This document shows positions 30,802 to 40,791 of a stretch of DNA of 64,000 bases, in pieces. Each line of letters begins with the position of its first letter. The stretch's first letter is position 1. The DNA is taken from positions 7,188 to 71,187 of the forward strand of contig JBILQJ010000003.1 of the NCBI GenBank assembly GCA_044373325.1, in the 5' to 3' direction. The translations under genes and the position numbers were made by a program. The DNA comes from Burkholderiales bacterium (lineage in GTDB: Bacteria; Pseudomonadota; Gammaproteobacteria; Burkholderiales; JBILQJ01). Below the pieces are notes generated by a model, which saw only the letters and a program-made list of their open reading frames with translations, was not told the DNA's origin and did not search any database.

Positions 30802-31743
30802 TTAACGTCCAAACACAGCGGCGCTCAACGCCTTAAAAGGCTTAAACAGCATGGATTTAAAGCCAAATTTAACCCATTGATAACGGACACCAACTTCGTC
30901 ATCTGGGCAGACGATGATGAGCTCACTCAATTCGCCGTTTTGTAAAGCCTTGACAGCAGGCAGAAACCAATCTTGCTCCAAACTTTGCCATGCGGCCAAC
31001 CATGCGTTTAAATCTTTATAAATAAGCGCTTGATTTAAAGTCTCTTGTCTGACGACCCAATGCGGTATTTTATCTTGAGTTAACGCCAGTGTAGGCTGTG
31101 TGCTGGCCGCCAAAAACGCTTCAAACGTTCGTACAGTCGAGTCATCCAGCAAAATGGCTGGTGATTTTTCCAAGGCCACCTCGTTGCTTGGTGGCACCCA
31201 CAGCCAACAACTGTCTATTCTGAATGGCCTACCTGCGTTGCCAGCCCATTGATAACAAAGCATTTGCATTTCACTTTGGATGCGAGTCCAAAAAAAATCT
31301 TCACTGGGTTTGGGTAAATGCACGCTAAAATCTTGACCTTCAATATCCAAAAAGGGCTTACCCGATGGCAAGGTTTGGCTTGAACTGAAGCCCAAAAGCA
31401 AGCCGTTTTCAACCTCAAATGCAAGTCCATCCTCTAGAAAATGGGCATTAAATACCGCAGCCAAAGCCTCTAACTCAGGCACACTCACCTCGGGCAAACC
31501 ATAAATTGTGACCGAAGTGCCGTCTAAACGTAATGCAATCGGCGTTGCATAAAATGCATTTTGCTTTAAAATAGGCGCGCTCACATAGCACCCCAAGGCT
31601 GCGCTCTTGCTCAACTGAAACGAGCTTCTCACGCTCTTTTTTTGTATGAGTCGCCAAGCAGGTAACGCCAACGAGTGCAATAAATCTAAATCAGTGGCCG
31701 ACATTGGCCAATGTGCACCGCTCAATAACAGAGTCAAACGCAT
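30802..31743 (-). CDS. Hypothetical protein (313 aa), divergent from surE
   Basis: Long ORF with normal composition and no motif I can assign. It contains a ...IDSCWLWVPP... segment that I loosely associate with a conserved proteobacterial protein of unknown function. Confidence 0.5.
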   Translation of the reverse strand: MRLTLLLSGAHWPMSATDLDLLHSLALPAWRLIQKKSVRSSFQLSKSAALGCYVSAPILKQNAFYATPIALRLDGTSVTIYGLPEVSVPELEALAAVFNAHFLEDGLAFEVENGLLLGFSSSQTLPSGKPFLDIEGQDFSVHLPKPSEDFFWTRIQSEMQMLCYQWAGNAGRPFRIDSCWLWVPPSNEVALEKSPAILLDDSTVRTFEAFLAASTQPTLALTQDKIPHWVVRQETLNQALIYKDLNAWLAAWQSLEQDWFLPAVKALQNGELSELIIVCPDDEVGVRYQWVKFGFKSMLFKPFKALSAAVFGR

Positions 31744-31828
31744 AAAAACTTCCTAGTTAAGTTGTGATTCAATGAATGAAGTACAGACACTTTTTCTGTC
31801 TTTTTAATTTTTTAGCATGGGAAACAAC

Positions 31829-32569
31829 ATGAAATTTTTAATCACCAACGATGATGGCTATCAATCTCAAGGATTAGCAACGTTGGCCGCAGTATTGGCT
31901 GATTTTGGCGAAGTCACCGTGGTCGCGCCCATGCTCGATCAAAGTGGCAAAAGCCAAGCCGTTACCTTAGATCGTCCTTTGAGTTTATACCAAGCCAGCA
32001 ATGGCTTTTATTACTTAAACGGCACACCAGCCGATTGTGTACACGTTGCTTTAACCAACTTACTGACCTCGCCCCCCGACATGGTTATTTCTGGCATTAA
32101 CCACGGGGCAAACTTGGGCGATGATACCTTATATTCAGGCACCGTTGGCGCAGCAACTGAAGGCTTTTTGCGCAACATTCCTGCGTTGGCCATTTCTTTA
32201 TGCAACAAGCACAGCATACATTGGGACACGGCCGCTTGGGGGGTCCGTCAATTTTTAGAACAGCACGGCGAACAGTTGCGTCAAAATCCTTTATTGCTCA
32301 ACATCAACATTCCTGATTTACCGATTGCTGACGTCAAAGGCATGAAAACCGCACACTTAGGACGACGCGGGCCAGCCTTGGCGGCCACAGAAATTCGTTC
32401 ACCCAGCGGCCAACCTTTGTATTGGATTGGTGGCTTAGGTGAGGCCAACCTTGAGATGGGCTCTGATTTTTTAGCCATCAAAGAAGGCTACATCGCCATC
32501 ACTCCTTTAACTGTAGACCTGACCGCGCATGCTCAACTCAATCAAGTTCAATCATGGCTAACCCTTTAA
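31829..32569 (+). CDS. surE: 5'/3'-nucleotidase SurE
   Basis: MKFLITNDDGY and GINHGANLG motifs. Second ATG preferred; the ORF track starts at 31817. Confidence 0.9.
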   Translation: MKFLITNDDGYQSQGLATLAAVLADFGEVTVVAPMLDQSGKSQAVTLDRPLSLYQASNGFYYLNGTPADCVHVALTNLLTSPPDMVISGINHGANLGDDTLYSGTVGAATEGFLRNIPALAISLCNKHSIHWDTAAWGVRQFLEQHGEQLRQNPLLLNINIPDLPIADVKGMKTAHLGRRGPALAATEIRSPSGQPLYWIGGLGEANLEMGSDFLAIKEGYIAITPLTVDLTAHAQLNQVQSWLTL

Positions 32570-33231
32570 GCAAAAATACCGCCGCCAACGGCATGACTTC
32601 CCAAAGAACGCGCGCCCGCATGGTAGATCGATTGTACGATAAAGGCATACGCAACGAACGCGTATTGGACGCAATGTTTACGGTGCCTCGTCACCTTTTT
32701 GTCGATGAGATTTTAATCAATCGCGCTTATGACGACATTGCTTTACCAATCGGATTTGGGCAAACCATTTCGCAACCCTACACCGTGGCCAGAATGAGCG
32801 AACTGCTGATTAACCAAACGGAAGCCTCTCAAAAAATACTAGAAATCGGCACGGGCTGCGGTTATCAAACGGCCATTTTATTGCAAATGGGGCTGGACGT
32901 TTACTCCATCGAACGCCTCAAAGCTTTGCACGAAAAAGCCAAAATGAACTTGCGATCCTGCCAATTGCATCAAGCAAAATTGATTCATGGCGATGGCCAT
33001 TTAGGCTTGAGTCAGGCTGCACCCTTTGATGGCATTTTGGCCACGGCGGCGGCTCAAATTTTACCAGAAACCTTGCTCACTCAACTCAAAACAACGGGGC
33101 GATTGGTGTTACCCATGGGCAATCAAGATGAACAATATTTATATTTACTTGAACCTTTAAGCAAAGGCGTTTTCAGAAAAACAAAGCTCGACTCTGTGTT
33201 TTTTGTGCCCTTATTAAACGGAAAAAGTTAA
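32554..33231 (+). CDS. pcm: Protein-L-isoaspartate O-methyltransferase
   Basis: 225 aa. ISQPY and EIGTGCGYQTA SAM-binding motifs. Overlaps the surE end as in enterics. Confidence 0.9.
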   Translation: MANPLSKNTAANGMTSQRTRARMVDRLYDKGIRNERVLDAMFTVPRHLFVDEILINRAYDDIALPIGFGQTISQPYTVARMSELLINQTEASQKILEIGTGCGYQTAILLQMGLDVYSIERLKALHEKAKMNLRSCQLHQAKLIHGDGHLGLSQAAPFDGILATAAAQILPETLLTQLKTTGRLVLPMGNQDEQYLYLLEPLSKGVFRKTKLDSVFFVPLLNGKS

Positions 33232-33374
33232 CCCCATTTCTCGACTTCAATTAACGCTGGCTTGACAAAATTAACGTTTGCTGTGCAATATAAGGTATGA
33301 TTCTGTCTTGGTAGTCTATTTTTTTATTTTAGCAAATTTTATTTTTTATTATTTATCTACAAAAAAGAGTCCTC

Positions 33375-34205
33375 ATGAGCCCATTTTATCCTCATTTTTC
33401 CAAACAAAATTTCCGCCCTATACTCCAAATTTTGGGCTTGAGCGTTTTTTTAAGTGTATCGGCTTGTAGCTTTAATCAAGAATCAGCCCCCATCCAAACG
33501 GGTGAAACATCTACTGTTCCTCGTCAAGAAGACGGGGTCAACACGGGCAATACCACGCCAACCAATCCACCCGCATACAATGCAAGCAATGGCCAAACCT
33601 ATACAGTCAAACAAAGTGAAGGCCTGTATCGTATCGGGGTAAACTTAGGCATTTATTATAAAGATTTGGCACGCTGGAACAACATCCCAGAACCCTATTC
33701 ATTAGAAGTTGGACAAGTATTACGCCTAACGCCCCCCAATAACGACAGCACTTATACGCCGCCCGCCGTCGCTCAACCCAATTCTGGCGCAACCACCAGC
33801 AATCCCTCTCCTAGCACGCCCAGCTCGTCTTCTGCGGCTAAAAAAACGACCAATTGGTTGTGGCCAACCGCAGGCAGTGTCACCAAGGGCTTTTCTGCCA
33901 GCACCAAAGGCATCGATATTGCTGGCACTATGGGGCAAAGTGTGATTGCTGTTGAAGATGGCGTGGTGGCTTACAGTGGCGCGGGCATTCGCGGATACGG
34001 CAATTTAATCATCATACGTCACGATAAAACTTACTTAACCGCCTATGCGCACAACCGAAAACTATTGGTCAAAGAAAATCAATCGGTCAAAAAAGGGCAG
34101 CTCATTGCTGAAATGGGCAACAGCGACACCGACAAACCCAAACTGCATTTTGAAGTCCGTGAGTACGGCAAACCCGTTGATCCTATGCCGTATTTAAAAA
34201 AGTAA
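33375..34205 (+). CDS. nlpD: Murein hydrolase activator NlpD (LysM plus M23 domains)
   Basis: Lipobox LSVSAC, a LysM segment (YTVKQSEGLYRIGVNLG...LARWNNI), and a C-terminal M23-like domain (GIDIAG...YAHN...LHFEVR). Confidence 0.85.
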   Translation: MSPFYPHFSKQNFRPILQILGLSVFLSVSACSFNQESAPIQTGETSTVPRQEDGVNTGNTTPTNPPAYNASNGQTYTVKQSEGLYRIGVNLGIYYKDLARWNNIPEPYSLEVGQVLRLTPPNNDSTYTPPAVAQPNSGATTSNPSPSTPSSSSAAKKTTNWLWPTAGSVTKGFSASTKGIDIAGTMGQSVIAVEDGVVAYSGAGIRGYGNLIIIRHDKTYLTAYAHNRKLLVKENQSVKKGQLIAEMGNSDTDKPKLHFEVREYGKPVDPMPYLKK

Positions 34206-34268
34206 CAAAAATACAACCCTTTGATTTAATACGATAGATGACTTCTCTCATTTACTTAGGACTGATTT

Positions 34269-35276
34269 ATGAGCTCAACATTCGATGCGATTGACGCATC
34301 AATTCATTTAGACGCTGAATTGACAAATTCTGGCATACTCTCCAGTAAGGCAGACGAGTTTGATGAAGCTTCTGTTTGCCCCGACGATCATGTTTCTGAA
34401 AAAATAGAGGACGAGTCGAACGAGTTTTCAAGCTCCACTGATGTGACTCAAATTTACTTAAATGCCATCGGCATACACCGTTTGCTTAAAGCCGACGAAG
34501 AGCTTGAGTTGACCTTAAAAGTCAAACAAGGCGACTTGGTGGCTCGCCAAAAAATGATAGAATGCAATTTGCGTTTGGTCATTAATATTGCCAAGCGTTA
34601 CATCAATCGAGGGTTGCCTTTATTAGATTTAATTGAAGAGGGTAACTTAGGTTTGATGCATGCTTTAAGTAAATTTGAGCCTGATCGCGGTTTTCGTTTT
34701 TCAACTTACGCCACTTGGTGGGTTAGGCAAAATATAGAACGTGCCATTATGAATCAGTCTCGCACGGTACGCTTGCCTGTTCATGTCATCAAAGAATTAA
34801 ATATCTATTTACGCATTGCGCGCGCCATAGAATCTGAAACGGGTGAAGACGCGAACGTCCAAGACATTGCCGCTCGTGCAGGCAAGCCCATTGAAGAAGT
34901 ACGCGCCATTTTGTTACTCAACGAACACACCGTTTCTCTCGACACGCCTTTGGATATCGACCCATCTTTATCAATGTCCGACTCAATGGAAGATGAATCC
35001 AACATGAGTATGGAAGGCGCGCTCTTACAAACGCAAGTAGAAACCATGGTGTTTGATTGGGTGAATGAGCTGACAGAAAAACAACGTTACGTCATCCAAC
35101 GTCGTTTTGGTTTAAATGACTGTGAAATTGTGACTCTGGAAGAATTAGCCAAAGACATGGGCATTACGCGAGAACGGGTGCGCCAAATTCAGTTAGAAGG
35201 ACTTGCTCAATTACGGCGCATCGTTCGAGCCAAAAAAATTGAAAAAAACATGGTGTTATCTGAAGAAGAACGTTAA
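34269..35276 (+). CDS. rpoS: RNA polymerase sigma factor RpoS
   Basis: 335 aa. Sigma-70 regions 2-4 (NLRLVINIAKRY, EGNLGLMHALSKFEP, FSTYATWWVRQ). Position downstream of nlpD. Confidence 0.85.
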   Translation: MSSTFDAIDASIHLDAELTNSGILSSKADEFDEASVCPDDHVSEKIEDESNEFSSSTDVTQIYLNAIGIHRLLKADEELELTLKVKQGDLVARQKMIECNLRLVINIAKRYINRGLPLLDLIEEGNLGLMHALSKFEPDRGFRFSTYATWWVRQNIERAIMNQSRTVRLPVHVIKELNIYLRIARAIESETGEDANVQDIAARAGKPIEEVRAILLLNEHTVSLDTPLDIDPSLSMSDSMEDESNMSMEGALLQTQVETMVFDWVNELTEKQRYVIQRRFGLNDCEIVTLEELAKDMGITRERVRQIQLEGLAQLRRIVRAKKIEKNMVLSEEER

Positions 35277-35311
35277 TTTTTTGACTGTTTTAAATCGACC
35301 TTAAATCAATG

Positions 35312-35362
35312 ATGCGGCCAACCTTTTCCCTAGTTTTTTGGGGGTTAAAAGGTTGGCCGCAT
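35312..35362. repeat. Inverted pair of the repeat after rpoS
   Basis: ATGCGGCCAACCTTTT-CCCTAGTTTTTTGGGGGTT-AAAAGGTTGGCCGCAT. Confidence 0.9.
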
Positions 35363-35400
35363 TGTGTTAAAATGCGCCTTTTTCATGATGAAAGATTTTT

Positions 35401-36189
35401 ATGGATATTCAAGCCCCTTTTGATTTTAATCGTCGATTTGGTGGCATAGGGCGATTGTACGGAACAGAAGTTTTAAAGGATTTTCGGCAACGCCACATTG
35501 CCGTGGTTGGGGTTGGTGGAGTTGGTTCTTGGGCGGTTGAAGCCTTGGCGCGCAGCGGCATAGGTCAAATTACTTTAATTGATTTTGATCAAGTTGCCGA
35601 ATCGAACACCAACCGACAACTGCCAGCCATAGACCCTTTTTATGGGGAGGCTAAAGTCAGCGTGCTGGCCGAGCGCATTTTACAAATCAATCCCTCTTGT
35701 CAAGTTCATGTCATCGAAGCCTTTGTTGACGAAGAGAATTTAGCGCAACTGATTACCCAAGACTTAGACGGCGTGATTGATGCCATTGATCAAGTCAAAA
35801 TCAAAACGCTGATGGCTGTGCATTGCCTAAAACTCAACATTCCTTTGGTGGTTTCTGGCAGCGCAGGTGGCAAATGTGATCCGACTCAACTGACGCAAGC
35901 CGATTTATCAGCGGTCACACACGATCCCCTTTTGGCCAATATGCGTTACGATTTACGTCGCCGCCACGGTCTGCCTCGCGAAGGCAAAAAAATGCGCATC
36001 GCTTGCATTTATTCGACAGAAGCCATCATTAAACCCATCAAACCCACACAAGATGCTGGGCAAAGCGCCCCCCAAGGACTTTCTTGCAGTGGCTATGGTG
36101 CCAGCATGATGGTCACGGCCAGCTTTGGATTGGCCGCCACAGCTTATTTACTCAACCGCTTATCCCTGTCCAAACCAGCCACTTCTTAA
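35401..36189 (+). CDS. tcdA: tRNA threonylcarbamoyladenosine dehydratase (ThiF/E1-like, TcdA/YgdL)
   Basis: 262 aa. RFGGIGRLYG then the VVGVGGVGSW nucleotide-binding loop. Confidence 0.75.
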   Translation: MDIQAPFDFNRRFGGIGRLYGTEVLKDFRQRHIAVVGVGGVGSWAVEALARSGIGQITLIDFDQVAESNTNRQLPAIDPFYGEAKVSVLAERILQINPSCQVHVIEAFVDEENLAQLITQDLDGVIDAIDQVKIKTLMAVHCLKLNIPLVVSGSAGGKCDPTQLTQADLSAVTHDPLLANMRYDLRRRHGLPREGKKMRIACIYSTEAIIKPIKPTQDAGQSAPQGLSCSGYGASMMVTASFGLAATAYLLNRLSLSKPATS

Positions 36190-36208
36190 AAGGTTTTGTG
36201 CCGCCCTC

Positions 36209-36802
36209 ATGCTTACTTTTCACTCGCCATCGATGGGTGAGGCTTTTTGGTCTACACAAGCGCTTGATTGGACTGCTGAACAAACGCGCCTCATTACCCA
36301 TACACAATCTTTAACGGTTTATTTGCAGCAAACTCAATTGCCCGTGCGCGTACAAGTCTTGTATTCAGGCGCTGGCACAATGACCGCCTCCGAACAGGCC
36401 GCAAGCCAGTGGCCAGATAAGCAAGCCATTTTTATTCGAGAAGTGCTGTTACGGCTCAACGAAATGCCCGTCATTCTGGCGCGTAGCATTTGCCAACTGC
36501 CTCTCGCTCACGCAAATCACACTGACCCCAACCATTTTTGGCTTAACTTACTCAATCGAGGCAATCACCCCTTGGGCTTAAATTTATTTCATCCCCAAGG
36601 CCAAATACAAGCCTGCACCTTGCATTACGCGCAATTTATGCCCCAATTTTACGCCCACGCCGCACAAAGTTTTCTGACACAAAGTCCATTACCTGCCCGT
36701 TGCCGCTTTTTTGAACACCAAAGCAGTCATTTATTGGTGACTGAATTTTTTTTACCTGAACTGTTTCCCTTTTTTCTCAATCAGTCTACGAATTTGCCCT
36801 AA
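36209..36802 (+). CDS. ubiC: Chorismate pyruvate-lyase (4-hydroxybenzoate synthase)
   Basis: By eye, FIREVLLRLNEMPVILARS, HPLGLNLF and LLVTEFFLPE match E. coli UbiC WLREILLCADGEPWLAGRT, TPLGRYLF and LLLTELFLPA. Sits directly upstream of ubiA. Start at ATG 36209; the ORF-track start at 36125 overlaps tcdA. Confidence 0.75.
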   Translation: MLTFHSPSMGEAFWSTQALDWTAEQTRLITHTQSLTVYLQQTQLPVRVQVLYSGAGTMTASEQAASQWPDKQAIFIREVLLRLNEMPVILARSICQLPLAHANHTDPNHFWLNLLNRGNHPLGLNLFHPQGQIQACTLHYAQFMPQFYAHAAQSFLTQSPLPARCRFFEHQSSHLLVTEFFLPELFPFFLNQSTNLP

Positions 36803-36807
36803 TTATT

Positions 36808-37683
36808 ATGTTTAATATGTTTAAAAATTGGAAAAAGCGTGGTTCAGTCTACGCCAAATTAATGCGTTTAGATCGCCCTATCGGCACTTTATTGCTACTG
36901 TGGCCAACCTTATGGGCCTTGGTCTTAGGCGCAAATGGCCTGCCCCCTTGGCGCACTTTACTGATTTTTATGCTGGGTACCTTGCTGATGCGTTCGGCGG
37001 GTTGCGTCATCAATGATTATGCCGACAGACACATCGATGGTCACGTCCAGCGCACCAAAGAACGCCCTTTTGCACAAGGCAGTGTAAAGCCCAACGAAGC
37101 CCTGTATTTGGCGGCCAGTTTGGCTTTGATGGCTTTTTCGTTGACTTTTTATTTGCCCGTTGCTGCGCTGTTTTGGAGCATACCCGCCGTTGTGATTGCC
37201 GCCATTTATCCGTACACCAAGCGATTTTTTCCTTTGCCGCAAGCGGTGTTAGGCGTGGCATTTTCTTTTGGGATGCCCATGGCTTTTGCGGCTTTAGAAC
37301 AGCCCTTAGACGCGCGCTTATGGTTGATTTTTGCGGCCAACTTGTGTTGGGTCATCGCTTACGACACGATTTATGCTTTGGTGGACAAGCCCGACGATTT
37401 AAAGTTAGGCATACGCACTTCGGCCATTACGTTTGGGCAGCACGTCCAATCCGCCATTTTGATGTTTCATGGTTTGTTTTTGGGTTTGATGTTAACGCTG
37501 GGCGTGTTGGGTGCGTTCCGTTGGCCTTATTGGTTGAGCTTATTTTTAGTCGCCACCCTCATCGCCAAACAACTTCAAGACATTAAAAGCGACAATCCTC
37601 AATTGTGTTTTCAGGCTTTTTTACACAACAATCGCATTGGCTGTATTGTCTTTTTAGGCCTAATTGGCCATTATTTACTATAA
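36808..37683 (+). CDS. ubiA: 4-hydroxybenzoate polyprenyltransferase
   Basis: 291 aa. NDYADRHID aspartate-rich motif and a second motif YDTIYALVDKPDD. Confidence 0.9.
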   Translation: MFNMFKNWKKRGSVYAKLMRLDRPIGTLLLLWPTLWALVLGANGLPPWRTLLIFMLGTLLMRSAGCVINDYADRHIDGHVQRTKERPFAQGSVKPNEALYLAASLALMAFSLTFYLPVAALFWSIPAVVIAAIYPYTKRFFPLPQAVLGVAFSFGMPMAFAALEQPLDARLWLIFAANLCWVIAYDTIYALVDKPDDLKLGIRTSAITFGQHVQSAILMFHGLFLGLMLTLGVLGAFRWPYWLSLFLVATLIAKQLQDIKSDNPQLCFQAFLHNNRIGCIVFLGLIGHYLL

Positions 37684-37711
37684 ATTTTTACTGTAAACTG
37701 GTACAAACAAT

Positions 37712-37758
37712 TTGCGGCCAACCTTTTTCTGTTTTTTAACAAAAAAGGTTGGCCGCAA
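37712..37758. repeat. Inverted pair of the repeat between convergent ubiA and the efflux adaptor gene
   Basis: TTGCGGCCAACCTTTTT-CTGTTTTTTAAC-AAAAAAGGTTGGCCGCAA. Confidence 0.9.
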
Positions 37759-37785
37759 CTGTTTTAATTTCAGTGGATACTATTG

Positions 37786-38991
37786 TTATTTTTCAGAAAA
37801 AGAGACGCGACTGCCGACTCTTAAGCCCGCCAAATTACTGCTCAAATAACGCTCACCAACCGCCAAACCTTGGTGAATGACGGCAAAAGCTTCTTCACCG
37901 ACATCAAACGCCAACTCAACGGGACGCGCCACCAATTGCTGGTTTTTATCGATGACCATGACCGAATACGTGGCCAAATTGGGGTCTTTGCGTAAGGCCG
38001 ACACGGGCACGACCACGGCTTTTTCGTAATGGTTGGTGACGATAGAACCTTGCACAAACTCCCCCGATTTTAAGCTTTGATCTTGGTTGTCTATGTGGAT
38101 ATAAATGGCAAAACTGCGGGTATTGGGATCGGCCACAGGGTTGATTCTGGCGATGCGCCCCGTGTATCGCCGAGCATCTGCTTTATCCACAGTGGCCGCC
38201 GTAGCAAAAGACACCAAACCTCCGACCTGAACGCGGCCAATGTTTTGAGCAGACAAAGTACTGACCGCTTCCAGTTCGGTCAAATCTGCCACCGCAAATA
38301 AAGCTTTATTCGGCGTAATCAAATCACCTTCATGCACAAAACTGCGGTAGACAACGCCAGTAATCGGCGCACGAACTTGTGCATCATCGCGGCTTTTTTT
38401 AGACAAACCCAACTGCGCCATTTGCGATTGGTAAGTGGCGAGGCTCGAACGATAATCGTTTTCATATTCAGCCAAAGCAATGTCAGAAATAAAACCTTTT
38501 TCAAATAAAATCCGATACTTATCGCGTTTTGTTTTAGCCAACTCCACCCGAGATTTTTGAGTATCCACATTGGCTTGTTGCGCCTGATATTGCGCCACAA
38601 CGTCCGTGCTTTCTATCATGGCCAGTACTTGGCCTTTTTTGACCATTTCGCCTTCACGCACCAAAACTTGGCGCACAACGCCACCAATTTCCGCACCAAC
38701 TTGACCATCTTTTATGGCACGAATATTGGCTGAAAAGGGCAAAACTCTATCGTAATTTTGCAAGGCAACGCTGGCATAATCTGCCTTAGACAGTACCATC
38801 GCCACCGCATTGGCCGCTTGAGTCGCCGATGTTGACGGGGGCATTTTCGGGCTGCCTTGTTGATTTTTATAAACAAGTCCAGCCGCCACAATACAAAGCC
38901 CTGCAATGCCCCATTTCCAGTGTTTTTTGAGTTTACTGCTGGCCACATCAGGCCTAGACTTATTCATAGGCATTAAGGGTTCCGTAGTCAT
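37786..38991 (-). CDS. Efflux periplasmic adaptor (HlyD/MFP family)
   Basis: 401 aa. N-terminal membrane anchor, lipoyl/hairpin/beta-barrel layout (GQVLAMIES...coiled segment...VRAPITGVV). The start overlaps the upstream ORF; internal ATGs at 38973 and 38967 are possible. Confidence 0.8.
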   Translation of the reverse strand: MTTEPLMPMNKSRPDVASSKLKKHWKWGIAGLCIVAAGLVYKNQQGSPKMPPSTSATQAANAVAMVLSKADYASVALQNYDRVLPFSANIRAIKDGQVGAEIGGVVRQVLVREGEMVKKGQVLAMIESTDVVAQYQAQQANVDTQKSRVELAKTKRDKYRILFEKGFISDIALAEYENDYRSSLATYQSQMAQLGLSKKSRDDAQVRAPITGVVYRSFVHEGDLITPNKALFAVADLTELEAVSTLSAQNIGRVQVGGLVSFATAATVDKADARRYTGRIARINPVADPNTRSFAIYIHIDNQDQSLKSGEFVQGSIVTNHYEKAVVVPVSALRKDPNLATYSVMVIDKNQQLVARPVELAFDVGEEAFAVIHQGLAVGERYLSSNLAGLRVGSRVSFSEK

Positions 38992-39613
38992 CTAAAATGT
39001 CCTGTTCCATTTTTTGTAAATCTGCCCGTTCATCTGGCGTAATAAAGTTGTCGCGACCTGCGGCCAACCTTGCACGTTGTAAATCAGCTAAATCCTCTTT
39101 CAGTTTCACGTGATTTTTGGCACTTTTTCGAGTGTATTCCTCTTTCAAGTCCAACTCATCTTGACGAAGTTCAGCTTGATCACCGGGTGAAAAAAGCCCG
39201 CTGGCCACCATTTCACGTCTTTTTTGGCGAATTTTTTCCTCATCTTCAGTCAATTGTTTTTGTTGTTTTTTAGACAAATACGGATATGGATTGTGTTTAC
39301 CGCTGGGTTCACGCCGTAAAAAATGCTCAAACTCTTCAGGCACACCGTTTCTAGCCACTTGTTTATCCTCGTTTTCAAGCAAGATTTTGAGCTGGGTTTG
39401 CACCGTATTCAAATCGGCTTTACGCGTGGCATAAACCGCTTTCACGTAGTTTTCTAAGCTGGGTTTGAGCTGGGTTAATTCGCCATCAGTCAACTCGCCC
39501 GACAGCATGCCCGCCCGCAATGATTTAGTAGTGGGCGTTGGCAAATAAGCCAGCGCGTGCACCAAGCTGGTACTGCCTAACAATAATAAAATTGCTGATA
39601 ATTTTTTCATCAT
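38960..39613 (-). CDS. Secreted coiled-coil protein with LTXXQ-like repeats (CpxP/Spy-like?)
   Basis: 217 aa with a signal peptide ([20 protein letters not shown]). Repeated motifs [30 protein letters not shown] and [10 protein letters not shown]. The start overlaps the prfA stop (ATGA). Confidence 0.55.
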   Translation of the reverse strand: MMKKLSAILLLLGSTSLVHALAYLPTPTTKSLRAGMLSGELTDGELTQLKPSLENYVKAVYATRKADLNTVQTQLKILLENEDKQVARNGVPEEFEHFLRREPSGKHNPYPYLSKKQQKQLTEDEEKIRQKRREMVASGLFSPGDQAELRQDELDLKEEYTRKSAKNHVKLKEDLADLQRARLAAGRDNFITPDERADLQKMEQDILDDYGTLNAYE

Positions 39614-40698
39614 GCCCCCGATAAATGTGTCAATAATTCGGCTTGGTGTTCAGCCACTAATGCGCTCGTTAATTCAAAAATATCGCCGTCCATGATGCTG
39701 TCCAACTTATATAAAGTCAGGTTGATGCGGTGGTCGGTCAAGCGCCCTTGCGGATAATTATACGTGCGTATGCGTTCGCTTCTGTCACCCGAACCCACCA
39801 AATTTTTTCTTTGCGTGGCCTCGGCTTGTTGTTGGCGTTGACGTTCGGCATCGTTGATGCGTGCGGCCAACACTGCCAGCGCTTTGGCTTTGTTTTTATG
39901 TTGAGAACGGTCATCTTGGCATTCTGCCACGATACCCGTAGGCAAATGCGTCACCCGCACAGCAGAATCGGTTTTATTAATGTGCTGGCCACCTGCACCA
40001 CTGGCGCGGTAGGTATCAATTCTTAATTCGGCAGGATTGAGCACCACGTCTGATAACTCATGGGCTTCGGGCAAAATGGCCACCGTACAAGCCGATGTGT
40101 GGATACGCCCTTGCGTTTCGGTGGCTGGCACGCGTTGAACGCGATGCGCGCCTGATTCAAATTTTAATTTAGAATAAACATTATCACCAATTAAGCGCAC
40201 GATGACTTCGCGGTAACCGCCCAAATCGGACATGGATTCTGACACGATTTCAACTTGCCAACGATTGCGTTCGGCAAAACGCGTGTACATTCGCAACAAA
40301 TCGGCCGCAAACAAAGCCGCCTCATCGCCGCCCGTGCCCGCACGAATTTCTAAAAAGACATTTTTGTCATCATCGACATCTTTTGGCAGCAACAAGGTTT
40401 GTAATTGCGTCACCAACTCATTTTGTCGGGCTTGCGTTGCTTCTATTTCAAGCGCAGCAAAGGCTTTTAAATCGGCATCGGCCAACATCTCGGTCGCCGC
40501 GCGCAAATCGGCGGCGCATTGTTGATAGTCACGAAAGCTTGCCACAACGGGCATTAATTCAACGTATTCTTTGTTGAGTTTTGTGTACAAAGCCAAATTG
40601 GCCGTTGCTTCCTCGGCGTTGAGCAAATGGCTGACTTCCTCTAAACGATCGGCCAATTGTTCCAACTTCATTAAAATAGAGGGTTTCATAATCTTCAA
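39610..40698 (-). CDS. prfA: Peptide chain release factor 1
   Basis: 362 aa. PAT tripeptide (RVPATE) and GGQ motif ([16 protein letters not shown]). Confidence 0.9.
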   Translation of the reverse strand: MKIMKPSILMKLEQLADRLEEVSHLLNAEEATANLALYTKLNKEYVELMPVVASFRDYQQCAADLRAATEMLADADLKAFAALEIEATQARQNELVTQLQTLLLPKDVDDDKNVFLEIRAGTGGDEAALFAADLLRMYTRFAERNRWQVEIVSESMSDLGGYREVIVRLIGDNVYSKLKFESGAHRVQRVPATETQGRIHTSACTVAILPEAHELSDVVLNPAELRIDTYRASGAGGQHINKTDSAVRVTHLPTGIVAECQDDRSQHKNKAKALAVLAARINDAERQRQQQAEATQRKNLVGSGDRSERIRTYNYPQGRLTDHRINLTLYKLDSIMDGDIFELTSALVAEHQAELLTHLSGA

Positions 40699-40716
40699 TA
40701 AAATAAAATACTATCG

Positions 40717-40766
40717 ATGCGGCCAACCTTAAAACACACAAAAGGTTGGCCGCAAAAGGTTGGACG
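40717..40766. repeat. Inverted pair of the repeat plus a partial third copy, between prfB and prfA
   Basis: ATGCGGCCAACCTT-AAAACACAC-AAAAGGTTGGCCGCAA followed by AAAGGTTGGACG. Confidence 0.85.
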
Positions 40767-40791
40767 ACTTTTAAGCTTTTAAGCAAGCCTA

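Noticed and set aside
36125-36208. N-terminal extension of the ubiC ORF given in the ORF track
   Set aside because: It overlaps the last 65 nt of tcdA in another frame. The internal ATG at 36209 gives a protein of normal UbiC length.
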